Below are positions 11,577 to 21,747 of a stretch of DNA of 64,000 bases, piece by piece. Under the pieces are notes generated by a model, which was not told the DNA's origin, searched no databases, and was given only the letters and a program-made list of their open reading frames with translations. Position 1 is the first letter of the stretch, and every line of letters starts with the position of its first letter. The stretch covers positions 8,308,001 through 8,372,000 of the forward strand of contig OX597831.1 in the NCBI GenBank assembly GCA_951406725.2, written 5' to 3'. This stretch comes from Octopus vulgaris. Lineage: Eukaryota. Made by a program: the position numbers and the translations under genes.

Positions 11577-11903
11577 TCCCTATAGAATTCAGAGGCCAGC
11601 ACTGCAAGTTACAATGTTTCATAAATGAATACATCTATGTAAACAATGTGATCGAAGATAGAAAAAGTAAGTAACAGGTGTATATGCATTTTTCAAGAGT
11701 TATTGTCCTTTCATCAGTGCTACATCCAACCCATTAACTATCCACGTACACATTGTCTAAACAATCACCAAATTTAGCAGTGTAACACAACTGGATTGAC
11801 CAGTCTACAAATTAAACACATTACTGGCAACTTGTATGTACATATCATTTGTATTCGTTTATGAAATGTCACAACTTGCAATATTGGCTTTGAATTCTAT
11901 GGA
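11577..11903. repeat. Fold-back element with ~70-bp inverted arms
   Basis: atagaattcagaggccagcactgcaagttacaatgtttcataaatgaataca (from 11582) is the approximate reverse complement of tgtattcgtttatgaaatgtcacaacttgcaatattggctttgaattctat (to 11900). Confidence 0.8.
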
Positions 11904-12116
11904 AAATCTACAGAGGTAAACTTAGAAATGAGAATATCACACTGCTAACACAAAATGAAAACACAATATTGACTTATAAACTTGTAATATACTCAGTAGT
12001 ATATTATTATGCTTGCAAAAGCACCTATATGGAGGTGGGGGTCTCTCAAGAGTAATAATGCAGTATTTGGTGTTCTAACAAGACATCCATATTAAGTTGA
12101 ATACAAAGATTACCTT

Positions 12117-12625
12117 CACTGTTTACATTTGACGGTTCTTTGTCCTCATCCTGTTTGTTGTTAACAAAATGTTTCGGCTGATATACCCTCCAGCCTTCAT
12201 CAAGTGACTTGGGGGAAATTTCAAACCTGGGTTCTCATTTCTAAGGTATTTTTCAATGTAATTATCATTATTATTATTATTATTATTCAGGTCACTGCCT
12301 GGAATCGATCTCTGAATCTTGGGCTTAGTAGCCCATGCTCTTAACCCCTATGCCCACAGGCATATGGCATAGTGGTTAAGAGCGCGGGCTACTAACCCCA
12401 AGATTCCGAGATCGATTCCAGGCAGTGACCTGAAAAATAATAATAATAATATCAAAAAAATACTTTAGGAATCAGAACCCAGGTTCAAAATTTCCTCAAG
12501 ACACCTGATGAAGGCTGGAGGGTATATCAGCCGAAACATTGTGTTAACAACAAACAAGATGAGGACAAATATCCATCAAATGTAAATAACGTACATAATT
12601 CCTCATCTTTTGAATATAGAACTGG
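12117..12625. mobile_element. Inverted (head-to-head) dimer of a tRNA-headed retroposon with a hammerhead-ribozyme-like tail; 12-bp TSD
   Basis: The ~230-bp arms are reverse complements around ~12356. The right arm has A-box tggcatagtgg, B-box gatcgattcc, (AAT)n and then CTGATGA...GAAA. The direct repeat aaagattacctt lies at 12105-12116 and 12626-12637. Confidence 0.85.
12500..12545 (+). ncRNA. Minimal type I hammerhead ribozyme motif (Penelope/retrozyme type), possibly inactivated
   Basis: GACAC (stem I), CTGATGA (12505-12511), A, GGCTG/CAGCC (stem II), GAAA (12533-12536), CA, TT, GTGTT (stem I'). The mirror copy on - at ~12162-12207 has a C-to-T change in the core. Confidence 0.6.
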
Positions 12626-12987
12626 AAAGATTACCTTTTAATATATATATATATATATATATTTACATGTACACACACATACATTACCTGTTTATTCCCT
12701 GGATGCCAACAAAAAATAGACCTCTTCTGCTCTTGTTGGTTTAATAATATAATTATTAATTGCATATGATGTAGATGGGAATACAATTTTGAGATTGGAC
12801 TTAATTTGATATGAATATATTTGATCTTAATTTACTAAGTCAATCAAAGCAAAGTTAAGAAATATTTTTGTGAGGATGTGCATTGTTACCTCTGTGTTTC
12901 ACACAGTTGATTGGATAATATGTTATAGAACTTAAAATATACATTTTCTCATTTTACATTGTCAATGATGACATTGTCTTTATATAA

Positions 12988-13558
12988 ATAATAATAATAA
13001 TGAAATTACTGTATACAGTGCTCAGGTGCACCACAACTTGTCAAAAGTGCGTATAAAGTATATGCAGTAATGTACAAATGTCTGGAAAGCGAACAGTGTA
13101 TGAATCAGATACATGCTTGCGTGTGTATGAAGTGGAGAAAATCAAGTGTAGTGTTGGCGAATCTCAGAAAGCATGGAAGTTTTGAAGGATGCAGTGCTCC
13201 GACAACTAACAACTGATGCCGGCAGTTTGTTCCATGCTTCAGCAACTCTTAGCGTGAAAAAAAATGTTTCTGAAAGTCATGGGAGCTGTGCTGTTTTCTG
13301 ACTTTGTAAACATGTCCATGGGTGTTAGACAGGTGGAGTTTGAAAAGGTGCTTAGAGTTATTGTTAGTAAGATGGTTAATAATTTTATGGGTGTCTGCCA
13401 AGTCAGCTGCCAGACGTCGGAGTTTCAGTGTATCCATTCCCAGAGAAGTAAGGCGTTCAGAATATGGCAAATGCCTGATGGAGGGTATTCTCTTGGCTGC
13501 ACGTTGCTGAACAGTTTTCAGACGATTAATATCCTGGGCAAGATGGGGGTTCCAGACC
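12988..13558 (-). mobile_element. 5'-truncated CR1-group LINE (RT C-terminal region, 3' UTR, (ATT)n tail)
   Basis: Translation RLKTVQQRAAKRIP...LPYSERLTSLG..TLKLRRL..DL...HK...THGH.YK...FFS is typical of the CR1/L2-group ORF2 C-terminus. It is frameshifted in a homopolymer near 13260. Confidence 0.85.
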
Positions 13559-15497
13559 GGTGATGCTTTATCCATAACCATCCACAACCAAATGCCATCC
13601 ATTTGCAACCTAAATTCCTTTTACCAAACCTGTAGCTCAAAGACTCAATCACCTCACATATCAAGGAAATATGAAACTCCACCCATTCTGGCCCTGGATG
13701 GAAAGCTAGTGTTTCTAATGCAGTCGTGGATATGTAGAGCTTATGAGATCACTAAGGGAGATAAGCCAAACACAGACCTGAAGATAAATGCTTATCAATG
13801 AGTAAAGAGAAGAAACTGCAGATGTTTTTGGATTTAAATTGATATAAATATGTTAATGTTAGACCATGGCTAAAATCCAGCTGGGAGAGAGAGAACCAAA
13901 TCAGGAGACATTCTACCATTGGTTGTTAATAACTGCTTCAGACTAAGGAACTGAGGCATTCACTAGTTTTCTTTTCAAATTACCGAAAAGTGACTGGCAG
14001 ACCATCAATTTCTAAATGGCTAAAGTTCTTGGTCAGACAAAATGTCTGATTGGCTAAACACACAGAGTAAAAGGAAAACCGTTCCTCAGCCAGTAAATGA
14101 ACAAATGTTTAAAGTTGTAGAATTTAAAAAACCAAGTTTCAAATTTCATCTTAGAAAAAAGACTTCAGAGAAACTGCTACATGATTCTTCATTCATTCTG
14201 CGAAAATAGCAGCCAGATCTCCCTCAAGTCACAGCACTGTCTTTAACAAAAGAATATTTTGAATAAAACAGTTTGAACATTCACTATTCTTGATAAAAGG
14301 ATAGATGGTCATGGTTAGAATGCCAATGACCATGAGTCAAAAGTGAGTTAAAAGAGATATCGTTTGTGGTGTTTTAATTAAATTGAATCCACATTATCAA
14401 CGCCTTCCCAAGGATAACAGGAAGATACAATTGATGAGCTTTTCATCCTGGACCTGATTACATGTACTTTGGTACTTCATGCCAAATAAATTGGTTAAAT
14501 AATTCCATTGTGTCTCAAGGGTTTCAATTTTTTTTCTTTAATCAACGGTTGTTCTTGGATCGTTAATCTCTTGGACTAAGTGGAAATTGGTTTTACTTCA
14601 AAACCCAGATAACTGATTTAAAAAAAAAACATTTTCCCATTTTAAAAGATGGTATATTGATTATTGATCAGGAGATTTCCATCAGATTCATTGAACTTGT
14701 GAAGAACTTTTGCTGAACTGCTAAGTTACAGGGATGTAAACACACCAACATCAGTCATCAAGCGATGGTGGGGTGGAAACAAACACACACACACACACAC
14801 ATATATATGATGGACTTCTTTCAGTTTCCATTTACTAAATTCACTCACAAGGCTTTGGTCGACATGAGGCTATAGTAGAAGACATTTGCCCGAGGTGCCA
14901 TTCAGTGGGACTGAACCTGGAACCATGTGGTTGGGAAGCAAGCTTCTTACCACACAGCCACGCCTGCACCTATATGTATGCTTAATGTAAGACTGAGTCA
15001 CTCCAGTGTCAATAACAGAAGCTGGTTTTAGTTTGCCATTAGTTATTGTTCCCGTTGTATGATTATATCCATCATTCATCAAGGGTATAACTTTTGGTAA
15101 AAAATTCTCAGTATTAGTGGATGGATGCCTGGAAACTACATAAATCCTTGTGAAAAATTCTTGCTTTTTTTAGACTTTGCAATAACTATCTTCATTGATT
15201 GGATTGACAAATGCCTTAAACATGTCCCTTTTAATACTGACGTTCAGCTAATTAGATAAGAGGGCTAATTATACTCAAATTGTACAAATTTTGGTGAAAA
15301 AACTAAGTCCTGGGATCAATGCATTCCACTGAAGCCTTTTAAAGGTGTGCCCCAGAATGTTTTACATGAAAGCGAAATTTCTTGTCAGAAACAGCCACAT
15401 AAATGGTGTAAGGAAATTGAAGGAAGATGTTGAAACTTTCCCTCTGCAAGCTTATTTTATTCAACAGCAAAGGGAGCTATTTTTTCAGAAAGAAGTA

Positions 15498-15952
15498 TAA
15501 TAATAATGAAATTAATTGTATACAGTGCTCAGGTGCACCACAACTTGTCAGAGTATATGCAGTAATGTAATATGCAAACAATGTATGAGTCAGATACATG
15601 CTTGTGTGTGTATGGAGGGGAGAAAATCAGGTGTAGTGTTGGCGAATCTCAGGAAGCATGGAAGTTTTGAAGGATGCAGTGCTCCGACAACTAACAACTG
15701 ATGCCGGCAGTTTGTTCCATGCTTCAGCAACTCTTAGCGTGAAAAAATGTTTCCTGAAGTCATGGGAGCTGTGCTGTTTTCTGACTTTGTAAATATGTCC
15801 ACGGGTGTTAGACAGGTGGAGTTTGAAAAGGTGCTCAGAGTTATTGTTTGTAAGATGGTTAATAATTTTATGGGTGTCTGCCAAGTCAGCTGCCAGACGT
15901 CGGAGTTTCAATGTGTCCATGCCCAGGGAAGTAAGGCGTTCAGGATATGGCA
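15498..15952 (-). mobile_element. Second, shorter copy of the same CR1-group LINE 3' end
   Basis: Near-identical to ~12990-13470 and encodes PYPERLTSLG...TRGHIYK...FFTLRVAEAWNKLP. Confidence 0.85.
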
Positions 15953-16400
15953 TGATTGGTATATTTAAAAATGGCAATGTAATACCTACTTGAAAAAGTA
16001 GAGTTAAAGGAATGTATTTGCTATGTGCTTACAGTGTACGACCACTCTGAAATGGACTCCAGGTAACAAAAAAGGAAGACCTGAAGAGTTTCACTTCTGT
16101 TCACAAATACTGCTTTGAATCTTTAGCAGTTCGCAGTGAAAAAATGAAATATCATAATGGATGGGTAAATAAGCATCCTTAACGTGGAATCACGCATTGG
16201 TAGGTAAACAAAAGTATCAACAAATAAAAGAGAGGGAAGGGAACATCACCTTTCAGGTAACTCGGAATAGGTAAAGGTAAGCTTGCCAAAGTTTAATGCA
16301 GTTTAAATATGGAGATTAAGATTGTTTGGTGTGGGATATTCATTGCATACAGTGTTCCTAGTCAATTCAATCAACGTTGCAGGTGGACAGTCTGAATAAA

Positions 16401-16955
16401 TCATCATCATCATCATCGTTTAACGTCCGCTTTCCATGCTAGCATGGGTTGGACGATTTGACTGTGGGCTGGCGAACCAGATGGCTGCACCAGGCTTCAA
16501 TCTTGATCTGGCAGAGTTTCTACAGCTGGATGCCCTTCCTAACGCCAACCACTCCGAGAGTGTAGTGGGTGCTTTTATGTGCCACCGGCACGGGGCCAGT
16601 CAGATGGTACTGGCAACGACCTCACTCGAATCTTTTACACATGCCACTGGCACAGGTGCCAGTAAGGCGACATTGGTAACGATCACGCTTGAATTGTGTC
16701 TTTTACGTGCCACCGGCACGGAGGCCAGGTAGCTGCTCTGGCAACGATCATGCTCGGATGGTGCTCTTAATACCCTACTAGCATGGGTTCGAGTGCCAGT
16801 AACGCTATGCTGGTAACGATCACGCTCGAAGGGTGCCTTTTAAGTGCCACTGGCACTGAAGCCGGTTAGCCGCTCTGTCAATGATCACACTCGTATGGTG
16901 CTCTTTGCACCCCGCTAGCACGGACGCCAGTCATCGAATTTGATTTTGATTTTGA
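16401..16955 (-). mobile_element. Abundant retroposon with an (ATG)n tail and internal ~60-bp subrepeats (copies near 20085-20750, 21323-22236, 24950-25170, 30455-30815, 33115-33670, 35438-35850, 48755-48995, 51395-51540, 63890-63985)
   Basis: catcatcatcgtttaacgtccgctttccatgctagcatgggttggacg...ctggatgcccttcctaacgccaaccactccgagagtgtagtgggtgc recurs more than ten times. The microsatellite tail sets the orientation. Confidence 0.8.
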
Positions 16956-17179
16956 TTAAATAAACAAAATCCTTTCACTTTTATAACCCTGACCCTGACC
17001 AAGTAATAATACACAATTACAACATATAAATAAATAATAAATCAAAAAATATGAAAACCAGTAAAAAATTTATTTTCTTTAATGCCAACATACAACCATA
17101 GATTAAAAAAGTATAGAAGACCCTACATACAACAAACTATGTATATACAATGAATTAGAGAAAAGCCCATGTAAACCAC

Positions 17180-17351
17180 TGTTCTTTCTGATTTGTCCAT
17201 TTATGCAGGAGTTCCAGGTAAAAATGTTATATGAGCATGCTTGGGACATAAGTAATGTGTGTGTAAAGTTTGGTGAAAATCGACTGAGAAGTTTGGAAAT
17301 GTATGCGTTCGTCAATATACACACACATACTGTGATTTGTGTATACTAGAT
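17180..17351 (+). mobile_element. Possible non-autonomous Helitron-like 3' end
   Basis: aagtttggtgaaaatcg...agttt...(CA)n...tatactagat resembles the ends of invertebrate non-autonomous Helitrons (CTAG terminus). This is pattern recall only. Confidence 0.35.
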
Positions 17352-17951
17352 AATAAAGTAGCTGCTAGCATTCTTTATTAAAATTACAATTTTAGTGATG
17401 GGAACAAAATCATAAAACCACAAACTTTAAATTAGAATAAAAATGCCAGGGGAGACTACTCTGAAATTTAATTAAAATTGATTTAATAATAAAATGCAGA
17501 GGTGGAAGGGTTCACCTAATGATTGGCTGTTCCGTGATTACTGAGTTTCAGCACTATAATCTGTCACTGTAACAAATTGAAACTCGAGTCAACAAAAGAA
17601 CCTCTTAGTAATAGCAATGGAATCTTCAATTCACAAACAAGTGCTTTTTTTAAAATAAAGCTGGCAACGGATAAATGTAGTCTTACATTGTTGAATGATA
17701 AAGAAGAAGGCCATGGTTGAAGCGCCTTTATCATTGCTCACAAGGTGCTAAAGTAACAACAATATAAATAAAACATCTAATACAATGAAACGAAATGAAA
17801 TCGAATTTGTAAATTAAAAAAACATTTCTGCTATCGTTCTGGTTTTAAGAGTATGTGGTGGGGGTGCTTATAAACTGGCTATATGTAGAACATGGTTTAG
17901 TGTAAGATCCAACCGGCTTCGACGTTGAACGTTGTTAGCCTCGTTCTCAAA

Positions 17952-18128
17952 ATGGCGGCTTACATTGAAAACCTTCAAGATGTGTTTAAGAACTGCGACA
18001 AAATTAAAGACATTTTGGCTCATTCTGCCAAAGTTCACTCCGTGGCCTGGAGTTGTGATGGTCGGAAGTTAGCGTCGGGATCATTTGATAAGACTGTTAG
18101 TATATTCAGCTTGGACAGAGATCGTTTG
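17952..18128 (+). CDS. THOC3: THO complex subunit 3 (Tex1, WD40), coding exon 1
   Basis: aaaATGG start; MAAYIENL...AHSAKVHSVAWSCDGRKLASGSFDKTVSIFSLDRDRL; donor GTAAGT at 18129; 177 nt, phase 0. Confidence 0.95.
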
Positions 18129-19367
18129 GTAAGTTAGAACCGGCTTTGAATAATGCGAATCGTTCCTCCATCGTCACATGTCGGATACGCTTTCAGGTTT
18201 GGGAAGTTTATTCGAAAAATTGAAGTAATTTGAGGCAATACAAATAATTATTTCACTGAAAATTGTTTATATTAGATATTCCAACAAAAGTCCTTGAAAT
18301 GTTTCTTAATTCTTGCTAATTTAAACAATTATTTTTCCCAATCGCAAACAACATTTCTAAAGCCGCCTTTTCACATGCAAAACTATTAACATTTATTTCT
18401 GGTTAACCTAAAACATAAAACCGTTTATTTTCAGTGAAATAGAATGGTAACATATCATAGTTAAAGCTTTGTCATAAATATAAACAGCATAAGTGTATAA
18501 GTCTTTAAGTAGGAATCGAACCGGCAGACGAGTCAATTCGCCGCATGTTTATTTCTTTCCAGGTTCTCATTTTCTCAGTATTTAACAATAACAGAGGATA
18601 TCCAGGGAAACTTTGTCAGCGACCAAATTGTAATTGGTGCCACGAAATTTTTGACACCAAATAATAAATGTTTAAGTGAAGTTTAACAGTCTTTGCGCAT
18701 CTTTTTGCGTGTCTGTGTCGCTTTCCATTCCGTGTTTTAGTTTCTAGTGACGGTCGTGAGTTCGAATCGCTTGTCCGACAAGCTTATCTTCGGAACAATA
18801 TTCAGGTTTCTTAATTATGTGTGAAGGCTCTGACAAAGATATTTCTTAGATGCGTGTTATTGTTAATTTAATGAATGATTTTGAGTCCTGTAATGTGTGG
18901 CACCGAATAATAATGATTCGAAATAGAAATAGTAGCAGTAGTAATAGTAGTCGTTTTGGTAAATTTTTGTTCTTAGGCACAAGGCCAGTAATTTGTTGAT
19001 GTGGGACACCACTGCTCGACTTGTTTTTCATTGACTCCCGACAAGATGAGAGGCAAAGTCGACCTCGGTGGAGTTTGAACTCAAAATATAAAGACAGACG
19101 AATCGTTAACATACCGGACCAAAATGCTTAGCAGCATTTCGTCTGTCTAATAATTTGGTTCTGCGCATTTCGTGCAAATCTTTTTGGTTGATACAAATTT
19201 AATTCGGTGGACCGTGTCATTAGCTTAATTGCAATTAAAAATTATGGAACGTTACAGACAACATAAAGCGACTATTTTAACTGGTTTTAGACTCAGTATT
19301 AGAAATTTCGAAGATAATGTATAAAACATCCACAAACACACACATACGTGTGTTTGTCTATAAAACC

Positions 19368-19610
19368 GGTACTACTTGAGAACAGTGGTCCCGGTGCGCG
19401 CACTCGCGTAGTCGCGCATCCGCGCTAGCTAGTCGTGACTAGTCGATCCTACGACTACCTAGCAAAGTAAATAAAACACAAAATAAATAATTTTTTAAAC
19501 AAAGTAAATAACAAAAAACACAAAGTAAGGATCGACTTGTCATGACTAGCTAGCGCGGATGCGTGAGTACGCGAGTGCGCGCACCAGCACCACTGTTCTC
19601 AAGTAGTACT
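19368..19610. mobile_element. MITE, 243 bp, with ~80-bp TIRs and a 9-bp TSD (Mutator-like or Merlin-like), in THOC3 intron 1
   Basis: TIR gtactacttgagaacagtggt...gtgcgcgcactcgcgta...gtcgatcct at both ends; TSD tataaaacc at 19359-19367 and 19611-19619. Confidence 0.9.
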
Positions 19611-21129
19611 TATAAAACCTGGATAAACCTCGCCAGGCGTTTATTGAAGGGAAATAACTCGTGGAGGCTCTTATTAACAACGTAACAGAATTTCCTCATT
19701 GCACTGCGGCCACGCTGGGGCAGCACCAGCATAAATGGTTTTAGTCGAACAGATCAACCCCAGTTCTTACTTTTTTAAAAGTCTGTTGCTTATTCTATAA
19801 CTCTCTTCTGTCGAACCGCTAAGTTACGGGGGTAAAGACAAAGCAACACCAGTAGTCAAGTGGCAGGGTGGGGACAGACGCCCCCCCCCCCGCCACAGAC
19901 ATAATGGGCTTCCACACAGTTTCGTCTATGAAATTTACTCACTGGGCTTTAGTCGGTCTGGAACTATAGTGGGTGGCACCTACCCAAGGTGTTGCCCAGT
20001 AGGACTGAACCTGAAAACACATAGTTGTAAAATGAGCTTCTTAAGCACACAGCCACGTATGTATGTGTGTGTATCTGTATGTGATTATCATCATCATACG
20101 TCTGCTTTCCATGCTGGCATGGGTCGGACAGTTTGACAGGAGCTGGCAAACTGAAGTGCGGCACCAGTTCTCAATTCTCTCTTTTGGCATGGATGCCTTT
20201 CCTAATGCCAACCAGTTCATAGAGTATACTAGGTGCTTTCTAAGTGGCACCAACGCAGGTGCTTTTTACATGGCATACTGTATTATATTATATATATATA
20301 TCATCATCATCGTTTAACGTCCGCTTTCCATGTTAGCATGGGTTGGACGGTTTGACTGAGGTCCAGTCAGGCGGTACTGGCAACGACCTCACTCGAATCT
20401 TTTTACACATGCCAACGGCACAGGTGCCAATAAGGCAATGCTGGCAACGATCCTGCTCGAATGGTGCCTCTTACATGCCACCGGCATGGAGCCAGTTAGC
20501 TGCTCTGGCAATGATCATGCTCAGATGGTGCTCTTAATACTCTACTAGCACGGGGCACAAGTGCCAGTAAGGCGAAGCTGGTAACGATCACACTCGAATG
20601 GTGCCTTTTATATCGTTATCATCATCATTTAATGTCTGTTGTCCATGCTGGCATGGGTTGGATGGTTTGACCAGGGCTGGTAAGGAGGAAGGCTGCACCA
20701 GACTCCAGTCTGATTTGGCAACCTCTCTGAGAGTGTAATGTGTGCTTCTATGCATACACATGCATTCACACATATAGTAAGTCTCCTACACTGATTTAAT
20801 TTATGAATCTCACTCAGAAGGCATTGATCCGCCTGGTCCACATTGCAAATAACATTTTCTGAAGGTGCCACGAGTTGGACAGAATATGTTGAGGTAGATT
20901 TTTTATAGCTGGATGTCCTTCCTCTTTCCAGCCTTCACCCTTTTCCAAGTAAGGTTATATTTCCCCATGACCAGACATGTTTTCGTGGCAGATTGGAAAT
21001 GAACAACATATATGGCAGGGATGCTCTTTTACAACTATCATGTGATTCCAAAGCAGGGAAGCAGTAACTTTATATGTCTGTATGTGCATGTTCACAAACA
21101 CAGTAAATTTTCTGTTATATTTATTATAG

Positions 21130-21286
21130 AATAAAGACTTCACGTTCCGTGGCCATGGAGACAGTGTTGATCAGTTGTGTTGGCATCCAAGTAATCCAGA
21201 CCATCTCGTTACAGCCAGTGGGGATAAAACCGTTCGCATCTGGGATGCTCGTATCAATAAATCTGTTGCCACCGTCAACACCAGAG
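21130..21286 (+). CDS. THOC3: THOC3 coding exon 2
   Basis: Acceptor tatag; NKDFTFRGHGDSVDQLCWHPSNPD...TASGDKTVRIWDAR...VNTR; donor GTAGGT; 157 nt. Confidence 0.95.
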
Positions 21287-21499
21287 GTAGGTTCATAAAC
21301 ATATCCCATCCATCAAATGCAGCATCATCATCATCATCATCATCATCATTTAACGTCCGCTTTCCATGCTAGCATGGGTTGGACGGTTCAACTGGGGTCT
21401 GGGGAGCCCGAAAGCTGCACCAGTCCAGTCAGATCTGGCAGTGTTTCTACAGCTGGATGCCCTTCCTAATGCCAACCACTCCGAGAGTGTAGTGGGTGA

Positions 21500-21747
21500 T
21501 TTTATGTGCCACCGACACAGGTGCCAGACGAGGCTGGCAGACGGCCACGCTCGGATGGTGTTTTTTATGTGCCACCGACACAGGTGCCAGACGAGGCTGG
21601 CAGACGGCCACGCTCGGATGGTGTTTTTATGTGCCACCGACACAGGTGCCAGACGAGGCTGGCAGACGGCCACGCTCGGATGGTGTTTTTATGTGCCACC
21701 GACACAGGTGCCAGATGAGGCTGGCAAACGGCCACGATCGGATGGTG
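21500..21747. repeat. Tandem minisatellite of four 62-63-bp units inside a retroposon (a fifth unit at ~22036-22097)
   Basis: Unit atgtgccaccgacacaggtgccagacgaggctggcagacggccacgctcggatggtgttttt starts at 21504, 21567, 21629 and 21691. Confidence 0.95.

Noticed and set aside
12361-12432. Possible genuine tRNA gene
   Set aside because: The acceptor and T stems do not pair properly, there is no oligo-T terminator, and it continues into a repeat body present as an inverted copy. It is a SINE head.
17925-17951. N-terminal extension of THOC3 in the ORF track
   Set aside because: It starts at TTG under a bacterial-style start rule. The ATG at 17952 has good Kozak context (aaaATGG).
21500-21747. 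Regularly spaced repeats resembling a CRISPR array
   Set aside because: The units are contiguous and near-identical with no unique spacers, there are no cas genes, and the context is a eukaryotic intron. It is a minisatellite within a retroposon.
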